The translations under genes and the position numbers were made by a program. Source: Paraspadella gotoi (lineage: Eukaryota; Animalia; Chaetognatha). Taken from it: a stretch of 64,000 bases of DNA. Under the pieces are notes generated by a model, which did no database searches, was not told the DNA's origin, and saw only the letters and a program-made list of their open reading frames with translations. The stretch lies in contig CM119265.1 of NCBI GenBank assembly GCA_051294375.1, positions 482,457 to 546,456 on the forward strand, in the 5' to 3' direction. Below are positions 10,146 to 20,082 of this stretch, in pieces (within the stretch, counting starts at the first letter, position 1; each line of letters opens with the position of its first letter).

Positions 10146-10635
10146 TTGCAATCTCATATCAAAACGAATAACATAGAAAAACCTTCGTCATAGATTAACC
10201 TTAATGAGTAGTCTCAACAATTGACTCGTTATTTTCCTTTTATTATTATTTGATACAAATATTGCATTGCATTGTTATTTGTGCATATAGATGCTCACAT
10301 TGCTTGATGGCAAAAGCAGTATGGAATATCTATATGCTTTGATTATTTTATTAAGGTCATACTTTTACTAAATAACCAAACAAGTTGGTTAAAGACATTT
10401 TATCCTTAAGTCTGAAGACTATTCACAAAATAAACTCTCTCGAAACTTCGAACGCCAATTACTCAGCGTCACGTGCGCCAATCTCTACGCCACTTACAAC
10501 GAAGCTTCTCCAGAGTCTCGCGCTTCTTCTCGACCCTTCAAATCGACTCTACGATCTCTTGAACGCCCGCAACCGCTCGTCAAAGACCTTCGACTTAATG
10601 GGCGTCAAAGTGAGTTGTTTTCCGCCATATCTACA
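10146..10635 (+). mobile_element. Relic D: 5'-truncated LTR of a B-related family
   Basis: 10321-10400 matches 9697-9775; ends TCAAAGTGAGTT...GCCATATCTACA|ACCC; lacks the first ~330 bp relative to LTR B. Confidence 0.8.
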
Positions 10636-11646
10636 ACCCTAACCCTAACCCTAACCTACTAACCATACCCTAACCATACCTAGCTACCCTAACCCTAACC
10701 CTCACACCCTAACTACCTACCCTAACCACCTAACCCCCTAACCTAACACCTACTAACCCTAGCTATAACATCCTAACACCTAACCTACTAACCTACCTAA
10801 CCCTAACAACCCTACCTCAAACTAACACTACTTCCATACCTAAACCTACAACCCTAACCGACCATAACCCTAACCCCTACCCTAACACCTAACCCTAACC
10901 CTAACAACTAACCCTAACCTAACCCTAACCACCTAACCCTAACTACCTAACCCTAACCCTAACCCTAACCAACCCTAACCCTAACACTAACCCTTAACCT
11001 AACCCCCTTAACCCACACTAACCCTAAACCCTACCTAACCCTAACCCTAACTACTCCTAACCCCTAACACCTAACGCCTAACTACCTAACCCTAACCTCC
11101 TAACCCTAAACCTCACTCTAACCCTAAACTAACCTAACCCTAACCTAAACCCTAAGCCCCCTAAACCTAACCCTAACCTACCTACCGCTAACCTCCTAAA
11201 CACCTAACACCTACCCTAACCTAACCTAACTAACTCCGCAACCCTAACCCTAACACCCTAACCCTAACCCTAACCCTAACCCTAACCGCCTAACCCTAAC
11301 CCTAACCCCCCCCTAACCCTAACCCTAACCCTAACCCTAACCTAACCCTAACCCTAACCCCCTAACCCCTAACCCTAACCCTAACCCCTAACCCCCCTAA
11401 CCCTAACCCTAACCCTAACCCTAACCCCCTAACCCTAACCCTAACCCCCTAACCCTAACCCTAACCCTAACCCTAACCCTATAACCCTAACCCTAACCCT
11501 AACCCTTAACCCTAACCCTAACCCTAACCCTAACCCCTAACCTAACCCTAACCCTAACCCTAACCCTAACCCCCCTAACCCTAACCCTAACCCCCTAACC
11601 CTAACCCTAACCCTAACCCTAACCCTAACCCTAACCCTAACCTAAC
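10636..11646. repeat. Telomeric (CCCTAA)n tract 3
   Basis: Degenerate or noisy in its first ~600 bp, cleaner afterwards. Confidence 0.97.
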
Positions 11647-12270
11647 AGTGGGCGAGGGTCCTGGGTTGCACCACAGTGTGACGGAAGGCCTTGACAACTG
11701 AGTGAAATAGTTCTAAGATGTATTATATCACATCGCAGGGAAGGTAGATCACGTGACTTCGAAGATTAATGTTTTAATCGATTATTAATTTGATGAAGCA
11801 GAATTAATTATTCGAAGATTGATTGTGAAAATAATTGTTTTCAGTTTTTGGATTCATTTATTTGTAGATGAAGTAAAAACGTTTTCTCAATTATAATGTA
11901 TTCTTTACATTTGAGAGAATGAGAATAAAACAATATTTTTAATGTTTAATGAGAACATTTTATTTCGAAGATAAAATCAGAAGTGAATCATTAACAGATT
12001 TGAATTTCAGAGGTAAACAATCACTAACTGCTTTTTGATTGGCGGTAAAACCTCTGCAGGTGATCAGGGCAATCAATCAGAAACAAAAGGCTTCGAATCA
12101 TTTTAGGAATCAATCTAAAGCTTTAAATAAGGATTTTAGAAACGAATCTGTATGGCCGTCTGGATGGCGAAGGGTTGGAATTCCCAGCGTCCCAGAGATC
12201 GAATTCGGGTTCGAATCCTGTTATGGGCGGATTTATTTCATAAAAGAAATATCTCTGACGATTGGCCGCA
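11647..12270 (-). repeat. 3' LTR of element C
   Basis: Direct repeat of 17694-18333; preceded on the minus strand by PPT AGGGGGGCA (12279-12271). Confidence 0.93.
12144..12234 (+). promoter_or_regulatory. tRNA-like Pol III unit inside LTR C (also 18206-18296), antisense to the element
   Basis: A-box-like TGGCCGTCTGG (12153-12163), consensus B box GGTTCGAATCC (12208-12218), GAATCTG/CGGATTT closing stem. Confidence 0.65.
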
Positions 12271-12546
12271 TGCCCCCCTGATGGCATATAATATTTACAA
12301 AATTTATATACATCAAAATTCTGTCGTCAATCGAGTATGTGTGAAATGTATGATGCTCTAACATTAATTAAAATTCATACTGTGGGTATAAGTAACAATT
12401 AAAATAAACGACCGACTGATTTGACTCTTAAAATAATTTGAAATTTCGAAAAATTTCACAACGAATAAAAATCCAAAGATACATCGAAAAATTTGTTAAA
12501 TACTAAAATTAATATTTATAACGATAACTAAATGGGTAATTATTAT

Positions 12547-12613
12547 CTCGACAGTCGGAGTCTGGACGGGAGGAAGACCGAGGATCGTGGAGGAAGACAC
12601 TCCGGCTGTCGAG
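12547..12613 (-). other. 3' UTR stem-loop just after the pol stop of C
   Basis: 15-bp arms CTCGACAGTCGGAGT / ACTCCGGCTGTCGAG; loop holds GGAGGAAGAC twice. Confidence 0.7.
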
Positions 12614-12618
12614 TAGGC

Positions 12619-15600
12619 TCAAAAAAGGATTTTGTCTTTTTTGTTGTTGTTGTCGTTATGTTTTTTCTGTCTTTCGAGCATTTCTTTCAATACGACTGAG
12701 TAGGTGGGTCGATTCTTCATTGGACACCTGTTTGAGAAGTCGCTGGGAGTTGGCTTTGAGAATCGTTCGTTAGTTGGCTCATTTTCGCTTTTTTGATTAT
12801 TGTTGTTGTTGTTATCCTCGCTTTTTTCTCTCGATCGCGGACTTGCGTTGCGTGGAGGCTCGGGAGAATGCGAAGATGGGAGGAAAAAGCGTTGAGCGGG
12901 TAGAGGTGGGTCGGGGAGAGGGTGAGGTTGTTGGGGAGCAAGTTGTGAAGGAGTCGGAGAAGGAGGAGGAGGAGGAGGNNNNNNNNNNGGAGGAGGAGGA
13001 GGAGCAAAATCGGGCGAAACTGCGCGTTGATGATTCGAACGAGTTGCTCGAGTTGTTGGCGCTGCTGTTCTCGTTCTGAGACCTGGCTGGCGCCCTGTTG
13101 GACGACGCTGAGGGTGTTCTTGCTCTGGTTCCAACTCCTCGTCGCTAAGCCACGCCGGTTTCACTCGCGCGATGTTAATTGTCTCGCGGCCGCTACTGGG
13201 TATTTCTATTGTCACGTTAAGTCCATTTCGATGAATTACCCTATAAGGACCTTCATAGGGAGGGACCAGTGGCGGATTGACGCCGGCTCGCTTCACGAAG
13301 ACGTATTTTGCCGACTCCAGGTTGCTCGGTAAGTGAACGGTCGGCTGCTGATGCGCTGACGTAGGGATTGGCTGGAGTCGGGCGACTTCTACTCGGAGCT
13401 TCGCTAANNNNNNNNNNCTCTGGCGTTGAAGCGTGGCGTTATCGAGTTGAGCGTTGTCGAGGAGTCCTCCAGGGACGCTGATCCCTTCTCCGAAGACGAG
13501 GTCAGCTGCCGAAGCGCCTAGATCCTCTTTGACTGTAGTTCTTATGGCGAGTAGCGTCATAGGCAATTTCCAATACCAGTTTTGGCGATTTTCTCTGGCG
13601 AGAGCGATGAGGGATTCTTTAAGACGCCGATGAAATCGTTCCACCAGGCCGTTGGCCTGGGGATGGTAGGCGGTCGTTGTCTGATGCTTAATCCCCNNNN
13701 NNNNNNTTAATTGTCGCCATAGCGCCGAGTTAAATTGTGTCCCTCGATCTGTGGTAATTATTGTCGGCGTGCCAAATACACTTATCCAATTATGGCTTAG
13801 TGCATCTAAGATTGTTGATGTTAGTGTATCTGGGATTGGGATGGCTGTTGGCCATCTAGAAAACCGGTCGACGATTGTAAGCAAGTGAGAGAATCCATTC
13901 GAATTAGGCATTTTTACTAAGTCGAGATTCAAATGTTGGAATCGTTTGGGCGGAATTTTAAATTCGCCAATTTCTGGCACGACGTGGCGTGTGACCTTGG
14001 CCCTTTGGCAGTCTAAACAGTCTCTTGCCCATCTCGTTACGTCTTGCCTCATATTCGTCCAGACGAATTTGGCGGCGACCGCCTTACGCGTGGCGTCGAC
14101 GCCGGGATGGCCGAGTCCATGGATAATCTCGAATATTTTCTTTCTCCAAGACGCTGGGACGAATGGTCTAGCCGGTCCGTTGGAGATGTCCGCCAGTAGG
14201 TCGTGCTCCCCTACTTTTATCTTTCGAAAATTTAGACCTGATCTGGCGTCGTTGGCGATCTTTTGATATTCCGGGTCAAGCACTTGCTCTTGAGCCATTT
14301 GCTCAAAATCCACTTCGAAATTGGTCAATGAGGCGATCACTGCTTGTGCGTCCTCGAGTCTATCCGCTTTTATTGTTTTTTCCTTCTCTGACGTTTCCGG
14401 TGGCGTTGTTGGCGCTGGCGGCGTCGCTGAAGGCGGCGGATTTGACGATGATGATGACGTTGAAGTGGGCGCTGCTGCTGGAGGCTGCGGCGCTGTTGCT
14501 GATGTCGACGTTTTGCTTTTTGACGTTGCTGGTTTTCCCCCTGTCGCTGTCGACGTCGTCGTCGTCGCTGCCGTCGTCGTCGTCGCTGTGAGCGTCGTCG
14601 AAGCGGCGTTTGGGCGAGAGAGGGCGTCCGCGACGACGTTCGCCTTCCCTTTCAGGTAGCGAACGTCTGTCGTGAACTCCGCTATGACAGAGAGCTGGTA
14701 TGATTGTCTCATTGTTTGGGGTTCAGATTTTTTCTTTATCGCCGTTACCAAACTTTGATGATCGGTATAAAGGGTGAATGTTCGACCCTCGACCCAATGG
14801 CGAAAATGTCGAACTGCCTTAAACGCCCCAAACAACTCTTTATCGAATGGTGGCCACATCTTTTGGTTCTTGGCGAGCTTGGTAGAAAAAAATGCCAGAG
14901 GCTCCCAACCTTTTGGCCCTCGCTGCTCTAAGACAGCTCCAACAGCTTGGTCGGAGGCGTCAGTGGTAATACACAATTGTGCTCCGGTCCTCGGATGATG
15001 TAGCAAGGCGGCCTGGATCAAGCCCTCTTTTATAGATTCGAAAGCTTGCTGACACTCATCCGTCCACTCGAGAGTTTTTGGTTTTCCACTAAGGGCCTCG
15101 TAGAGGGGCGCACAACGATGAGCAACTCCAGCGATGAAACGGCGATAATAATTAATCATGCCTAGAAATCGCTGGAGCTCTTTGATGGTCGTTGGGCGTG
15201 TAGTTTGTTGTAGCGTCTGAACGCGTTCTGGTAGTGGCCTGACTCCGTTTCGGTCCACAAGAAAGCCTAGGAATTCAAGCGATTCCTGTCCCAGAAGGCA
15301 TTTTTTGGTATTCACTACCAAACCGTTAGCGTCTAGCGCTTTGAAAACCTTTTCGAGATCTTCGAGATGTTCTTCTGGTGTTGTTGACGCTACCAAGATG
15401 TCGTCAAGGTATACAAATGTATGCNNNNNNNNNNCCAAGATCTCGTCCATAAGCCTCTGGAAATCTTGGCCTGCATTCTTGAGGCCAAATGGACATCTTG
15501 GGAAGACATACAAGCCGAACGGGGTTATAACCGCCGTTTTCTTGACGTCATCTGGATTGACGGGGATCTGGTGATACCCCTTTAGTAAGTCAATCTTGGA

Positions 15601-16398
15601 AAATATGGTTTTCCCTTCTAATTGCGAATTAAAATCGGTAAGTAATTTCACCGGATATTTATCGTCAATTGTCTGGGCGTTGAGGCGCCTATAGTCGCCA
15701 CAACAACGCCACCCCCCGTCAGGTTTGGAAACAACGTGGAGTGGGGACGACCATTCGGACTTTCCCCGTTTGGCAATCCCTAGGGAAACCATCTTCTCAA
15801 GCTCCCTTTTAGCAACAGCCAGTTTTTCAGCATCGAGACGTCTGGCCCTCGACTGACAGGGTCGCCCTTCTGTTGGTATTGAATGGGTTACTCCGTGGCG
15901 GGGCTCTTTGACTTCAAACGTTGGCGTCGATAGATTGGGAAAAGATTCGAGTAATTTATAATATTTTTCCCCTTGACGGTCCACAAAATTCACATGAGAG
16001 GGCGTTTCTGATGCTATCGACGCTGCAATGGTCGAATAGTCTCTCAGGTCAAGCAGCAATCCATCTCTGTGGTTTGGCGCCAAAAAATTTTCCGCCAAAA
16101 AGTCAGCGCCAAGAATATGTTGCTTAACGTCGGCCACAATGAAGTCGTAGTGAAATTCTCTGTTTCCCAGGTGTACGATTCGATTAATTGTCCCGTAGCA
16201 GTCAATCGGCGAGCCGTTGGCTGCTTGGAGCTTCATGCTTGTGTCGGGGCCGCGTTGTCGATGACTTTGATTCGGCGGAATGATGGAGAGGAGGGCCCCT
16301 CCGTCGACTAGCCACTTTGTTTTGTCCTTGGCGTCTCGAATGTAAAGCAGGCTGTTTTGCGTTGGTGATTGATTTGACGCCTGGGGGACGGCACTCAC
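12619..16398 (-). CDS. pol: Pol polyprotein of C (PR-RT-RNase H-integrase)
   Basis: LVDGGA, YLDD, ITTDASD, HGLGHPG..C..C, DDE core, YEGPY; T/S/P-rich linker between RNase H and IN; four 10-N gaps. Confidence 0.95.
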   Translation of the reverse strand: MSAVPQASNQSPTQNSLLYIRDAKDKTKWLVDGGALLSIIPPNQSHRQRGPDTSMKLQAANGSPIDCYGTINRIVHLGNREFHYDFIVADVKQHILGADFLAENFLAPNHRDGLLLDLRDYSTIAASIASETPSHVNFVDRQGEKYYKLLESFPNLSTPTFEVKEPRHGVTHSIPTEGRPCQSRARRLDAEKLAVAKRELEKMVSLGIAKRGKSEWSSPLHVVSKPDGGWRCCGDYRRLNAQTIDDKYPVKLLTDFNSQLEGKTIFSKIDLLKGYHQIPVNPDDVKKTAVITPFGLYVFPRCPFGLKNAGQDFQRLMDEILXXXXHTFVYLDDILVASTTPEEHLEDLEKVFKALDANGLVVNTKKCLLGQESLEFLGFLVDRNGVRPLPERVQTLQQTTRPTTIKELQRFLGMINYYRRFIAGVAHRCAPLYEALSGKPKTLEWTDECQQAFESIKEGLIQAALLHHPRTGAQLCITTDASDQAVGAVLEQRGPKGWEPLAFFSTKLAKNQKMWPPFDKELFGAFKAVRHFRHWVEGRTFTLYTDHQSLVTAIKKKSEPQTMRQSYQLSVIAEFTTDVRYLKGKANVVADALSRPNAASTTLTATTTTAATTTTSTATGGKPATSKSKTSTSATAPQPPAAAPTSTSSSSSNPPPSATPPAPTTPPETSEKEKTIKADRLEDAQAVIASLTNFEVDFEQMAQEQVLDPEYQKIANDARSGLNFRKIKVGEHDLLADISNGPARPFVPASWRKKIFEIIHGLGHPGVDATRKAVAAKFVWTNMRQDVTRWARDCLDCQRAKVTRHVVPEIGEFKIPPKRFQHLNLDLVKMPNSNGFSHLLTIVDRFSRWPTAIPIPDTLTSTILDALSHNWISVFGTPTIITTDRGTQFNSALWRQLXXXXGIKHQTTTAYHPQANGLVERFHRRLKESLIALARENRQNWYWKLPMTLLAIRTTVKEDLGASAADLVFGEGISVPGGLLDNAQLDNATLQRQXXXXLAKLRVEVARLQPIPTSAHQQPTVHLPSNLESAKYVFVKRAGVNPPLVPPYEGPYRVIHRNGLNVTIEIPSSGRETINIARVKPAWLSDEELEPEQEHPQRRPTGRQPGLRTRTAAPTTRATRSNHQRAVSPDFAPPPPXXXXPPPPPPSPTPSQLAPQQPHPLPDPPLPAQRFFLPSSHSPEPPRNASPRSREKSEDNNNNNNQKSENEPTNERFSKPTPSDFSNRCPMKNRPTYSVVLKEMLERQKKHNDNNNKKDKILF

Positions 16399-16425
16399 CG
16401 TCGGCGTCCCCCCTTGCCGTTTCCC
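16383..16425 (-). promoter_or_regulatory. -1 ribosomal frameshift signal of element C
   Basis: G GGA AAC (16425-16419) in gag frame, 6-nt spacer, GGGGGACG...CGTCCCCC 8-bp stem; a pol-frame TGA lies immediately 5' of the heptamer. Confidence 0.85.
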
Positions 16426-17486
16426 TCATGCTTACGCTGGGTCTCGCTGTATTTGGAGCATCCTGGGTCACATGACCAGGCGTTTTCTCCAAATTTCACG
16501 TGTTTTTGGCAAAGCGTGACGAGTTTCGATTTGTTCTTTCCTCGTTGTTCTTGACTCGGTTTTTTCTTTGCTCTGAAGGACTTCTTTTGTCTGGCGTCGA
16601 CAGCGTTGACGCCTTCTTCTTCAGATTCTGAGTCGAGTTCTTCTCTTTGGCGCTGATCCACGTGATGAACGAGGGAAGACGTTTGGCGAATTTTTAAATT
16701 GCCTTCATTGTCGTAATGGCGGTCAGCTAACTCACATAGTTCCGCCGCCCATAAATCGTCCGCCTTATCTTCGAGTTGGCGTCTGATTTCGATAGGTAGT
16801 TCTCTTAATATTTTTTCTTTGCGTATATCATCGATCGTGAGAGTTTTGGTCTTGTCCTCTAGCTTTGCTAGCATCTTCGACGGCTTGAGGCCGTCGACGT
16901 CGATGGCGTCGAGAAGATTCGCAGCTTGCTGGCGTTTCGTGAGGCCGTACTCTTTACGAAGATATTGAAGGAAGAGTAGCCACGTGGCGTCGGTGGTTTC
17001 TCCATAGAGAAACTGGTTTATCTTAGGATCGATCTTGACGCTTATTTTTGACTCTAGGTGAGCGAATTTCGACTTTGCTGCTGTGACGCCGGCTCGAGTG
17101 TAGGCTGCCTCGACGCGTTTTATCCAGATTTCTATATTGTCTATGTCGAGGTCCGGAAGATCCGGCTTCCGGTTTGAGGCCCGTTCGAGGGCGCGCGTGG
17201 CGGCGGCAAGGGCGGCGCGAAGTTCCGCGTTTTCGTCGCGCAATTCGTTCGAAGCGGCGTCGCCGGCAGCGCCGCCGGTGGCCATGTCGGCGTCGACAAA
17301 GTTTTCGCCGTTCGTTACTTGAAAGTTGAAGGCCGGGGCGGCGTCAGAGAAGACGGGAGACGTCGAGCGCGATCGTTGTCCTCGTCCAAAGCCTCCAGGG
17401 ATTTGGAGACCGACGGCGGCGTCTCTCTGATCGTCCGAGTTGCGCTGGGCGGAGCGTAGGCGCGAGCGAAGGTCTTTGTCGCTCAT
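16395..17486 (-). CDS. gag: Gag of element C (363 aa)
   Basis: Colinear with Gag A; CQKHVKFGENAWSCDPGC CHCC box. Confidence 0.93.
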   Translation of the reverse strand: MSDKDLRSRLRSAQRNSDDQRDAAVGLQIPGGFGRGQRSRSTSPVFSDAAPAFNFQVTNGENFVDADMATGGAAGDAASNELRDENAELRAALAAATRALERASNRKPDLPDLDIDNIEIWIKRVEAAYTRAGVTAAKSKFAHLESKISVKIDPKINQFLYGETTDATWLLFLQYLRKEYGLTKRQQAANLLDAIDVDGLKPSKMLAKLEDKTKTLTIDDIRKEKILRELPIEIRRQLEDKADDLWAAELCELADRHYDNEGNLKIRQTSSLVHHVDQRQREELDSESEEEGVNAVDARQKKSFRAKKKPSQEQRGKNKSKLVTLCQKHVKFGENAWSCDPGCSKYSETQRKHEGNGKGGRRR

Positions 17487-17678
17487 GGATGCGATTATGT
17501 CGTCGTATCGGCCCTCGTCGACGTGCCAGGCGTCGGCAGTTGATCGTCGAAATGAAAAATAAAAGGGGCGTGAGCGAATTGGGTGATTCGCTTAATTTTC
17601 GATTCTGTCACCCAATCTTACCTCAGGAAGAATCGAATCCGGTAGTTCCCCTTCTTGAAGGTTGGCTTCTTGTTCTGT

Positions 17679-17691
17679 GTCGGGTTTACCA
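17679..17691 (-). other. Primer-binding site of C
   Basis: TGGTAAACCCGAC 2 nt after LTR end GCCACA; tRNA-Trp-like with mismatches. Confidence 0.6.
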
Positions 17692-17693
17692 AG

Positions 17694-18333
17694 TGTGGCG
17701 AGGTCCTGGGTTGCACCACAGTGTGACGGAAGGGCCTTGACAACTGAGTGGAAAATGTGTTCTAAGATGTATGAAGATCACATCGCGGGAAGGGTAGAAT
17801 CAGGTGACTGTTTCGAAAGATTAAATGTTTTTAATGAACTTATTAATTTGATGAAGCAGAATTAATTATTCGAAGATTGATGTGGAAAATAATTGTTTCA
17901 TTTTTTGGATTCATTTAATTTGTAGAATGAAGTAAAAACGTTTTCTCAATTATAATGTATTCCTTTACATTTGAGAGAATGAGAATAAAACAATATTTTT
18001 AATGTTTAATGCAGAAACATTTTATTTCGAAGATAAAATCAGAAGTGAATAATTAACAGATTTGAATTTCAGAGGTAAACAATCACTAAACTGCTTTTTG
18101 ATTGGCGGTAAAACCTCTGCAGGTGATCAGGGCAATCAATCAGAAAAAAAGGCTTCGAATCATTTTAGGAATCAATCTAAAGCTTTAAATAAGGATTTTA
18201 GAAACGAATCTGTATGGCCGTCTGGATGGCGAAGGGTTGGAATTCCCAGCGTCCCAGAGATCGAATTCGGGTTCGAATCCTGTTATGGGCGGATTTATAT
18301 TCATAAAAAGAATATCTCTGACGATTGGCCGCA
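17694..18333 (-). repeat. 5' LTR of element C
   Basis: TGCGGC...GCCACA termini; right junction GCCGCA|ACCCTAA. Confidence 0.94.
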
Positions 18334-20082
18334 ACCCTAAAACCCTAACCCTAACCCTAAACCCTAACCCAACCCTAAAACCCTGAAACCCTAACCCTAA
18401 CCTAACCCTAACCTCTAACCCTAACCCTAACCCTAACCCTAACCCTAACCCACGCCTAACCTAACCTAACCTAACCCCTAACCCCCAACCCCTAAACCCT
18501 AACCTAACCCTAACCCCCTAACCCTAACCCTAACCCTAACCCTAACCCTAAAACCTAAACCCTAACCCTATACCCTAAACCCTAACCCTAACCCTACCTA
18601 CCTAACCCCTAACCCCCCCTAACCCTAACCCTAAACCCTAACCCAACCCTAACCCTAACCTAACCCTAACTAACCTAACCCTAACCCTAACTAACTAACC
18701 CTACCTAACCCTAACCCTAAACCCTAAACAACCCTAACCCCTAAACCCTAAACCCTAACCCTAAACCGCTAACCCCTAAACCCTAACCTAACTAAACCCT
18801 AACCCTACCTAACCTAATCCCTTAACCTAACCCTAACCCTACCTTAACCCTAACCCTAACCCTAAAAACCTAAACCTAAACCCTAAACCTAACCCTAACC
18901 CTAACCCTAACTCCTAACCCTTAACCCTAACCCTAACCCTAACCCTAACCTAAACCCCTACCCTAACCTAACCTATACCCTAACCCTAACGCTAACCCTA
19001 TAACCTACTCCTAACCTAAACCCACCCTAACCCCGCTAACCCTACCCAACCCTAACCCCGCCTTAACCCCTAAACCTAACCCTAAAACCCTAACCCTAAA
19101 ACCCTAACCCCTAACCCTAACCTAACCTACCCTAACCCTAACCCCTAACCCTAACTAACCTAACCCTTAACCCTAACCTAAACCCTAACCCTACCCTAAC
19201 CCTAACCCTAACCATAACCCTAACCCTAACCCCCACTAACCCTAACCTAACGCCTAACCCTAACCTACCCTAACCCTAACCACTAAACCCTAAAAACCTA
19301 AACCCCTACCCAACCCCTAAACCCTAACCCACCTAACCCTAACCTAACCCTAACCCTAACCCTTAAAACACCAACCCTAACCCTAACCCTAACCCTAACC
19401 TCTAACCTAACCCTAAACCCTGAACACCTAACCCTAAACCCTAACCCTACCTAACCAACCCTAACCTAAACCTACTTAACCTAACATACCTAACCCTAAC
19501 CCTAACCCTAACCCTAACCTAACCCTAAACCCCAACCCTACCTAAACCCTACCCTACCCCTACCCTAACCCTAACCCTAACCTAAAACCCCTAACCTAAC
19601 CCTAACCTAACCCTAACCCTAACCTAACCCTAACCTAAACCCTACTACCCTAACCCTAACCCTAACCCTAACCCTAACCCTAACCCTAACCCTAAACCCT
19701 ACCCTAAACCCTAACCTAACCTAACCCCTAAACCCCCTAACCCTAAAACCCCTAAACCCTAAACCCTAACCCTAACCCTAACCCTAACCCCAACCCTAAC
19801 CCTAACCCTAACGCCTAAACCCTAACCTAACCCTAACCTAAACCCCTAGACCCCTAACCCCTACCTAACCCTAAACCCTAACCCTAAACCCTAAAACCCT
19901 AACCCTAACCCTAACCCTAACCCTTACGCCTAACGCCCTAACCCTGAACCCTAAACCCTTAACCCTAACCCTAACCCTATAACCCTTAAACCCTTAACCC
20001 TAAACCTAAACCCTAACTCTAACCCTCTAACCCCTAACTCCTAACCCTTAAAACCCTAACCTACCCTAAACCCTCTAACCCC
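18334..20082. repeat. Telomeric (CCCTAA)n tract 4 (most proximal, ~1.75 kb)
   Basis: CCCTAA hexamers with many single-base variants. Confidence 0.97.

Larger units (their letters stand above)
11647..18333 (-). mobile_element. Full-length Ty3/Gypsy LTR retrotransposon C (CsRn1-like, close to A) inserted in telomeric repeats
   Basis: Direct repeats 11647-12270 and 17694-18333, PBS, PPT, gag and pol open apart from N blocks. Confidence 0.96.

Noticed and set aside
10636-11250. Variant telomeric repeats as a biological code
   Set aside because: Variants are irregular homopolymer-length changes typical of long-read error; no recurring higher-order unit seen.
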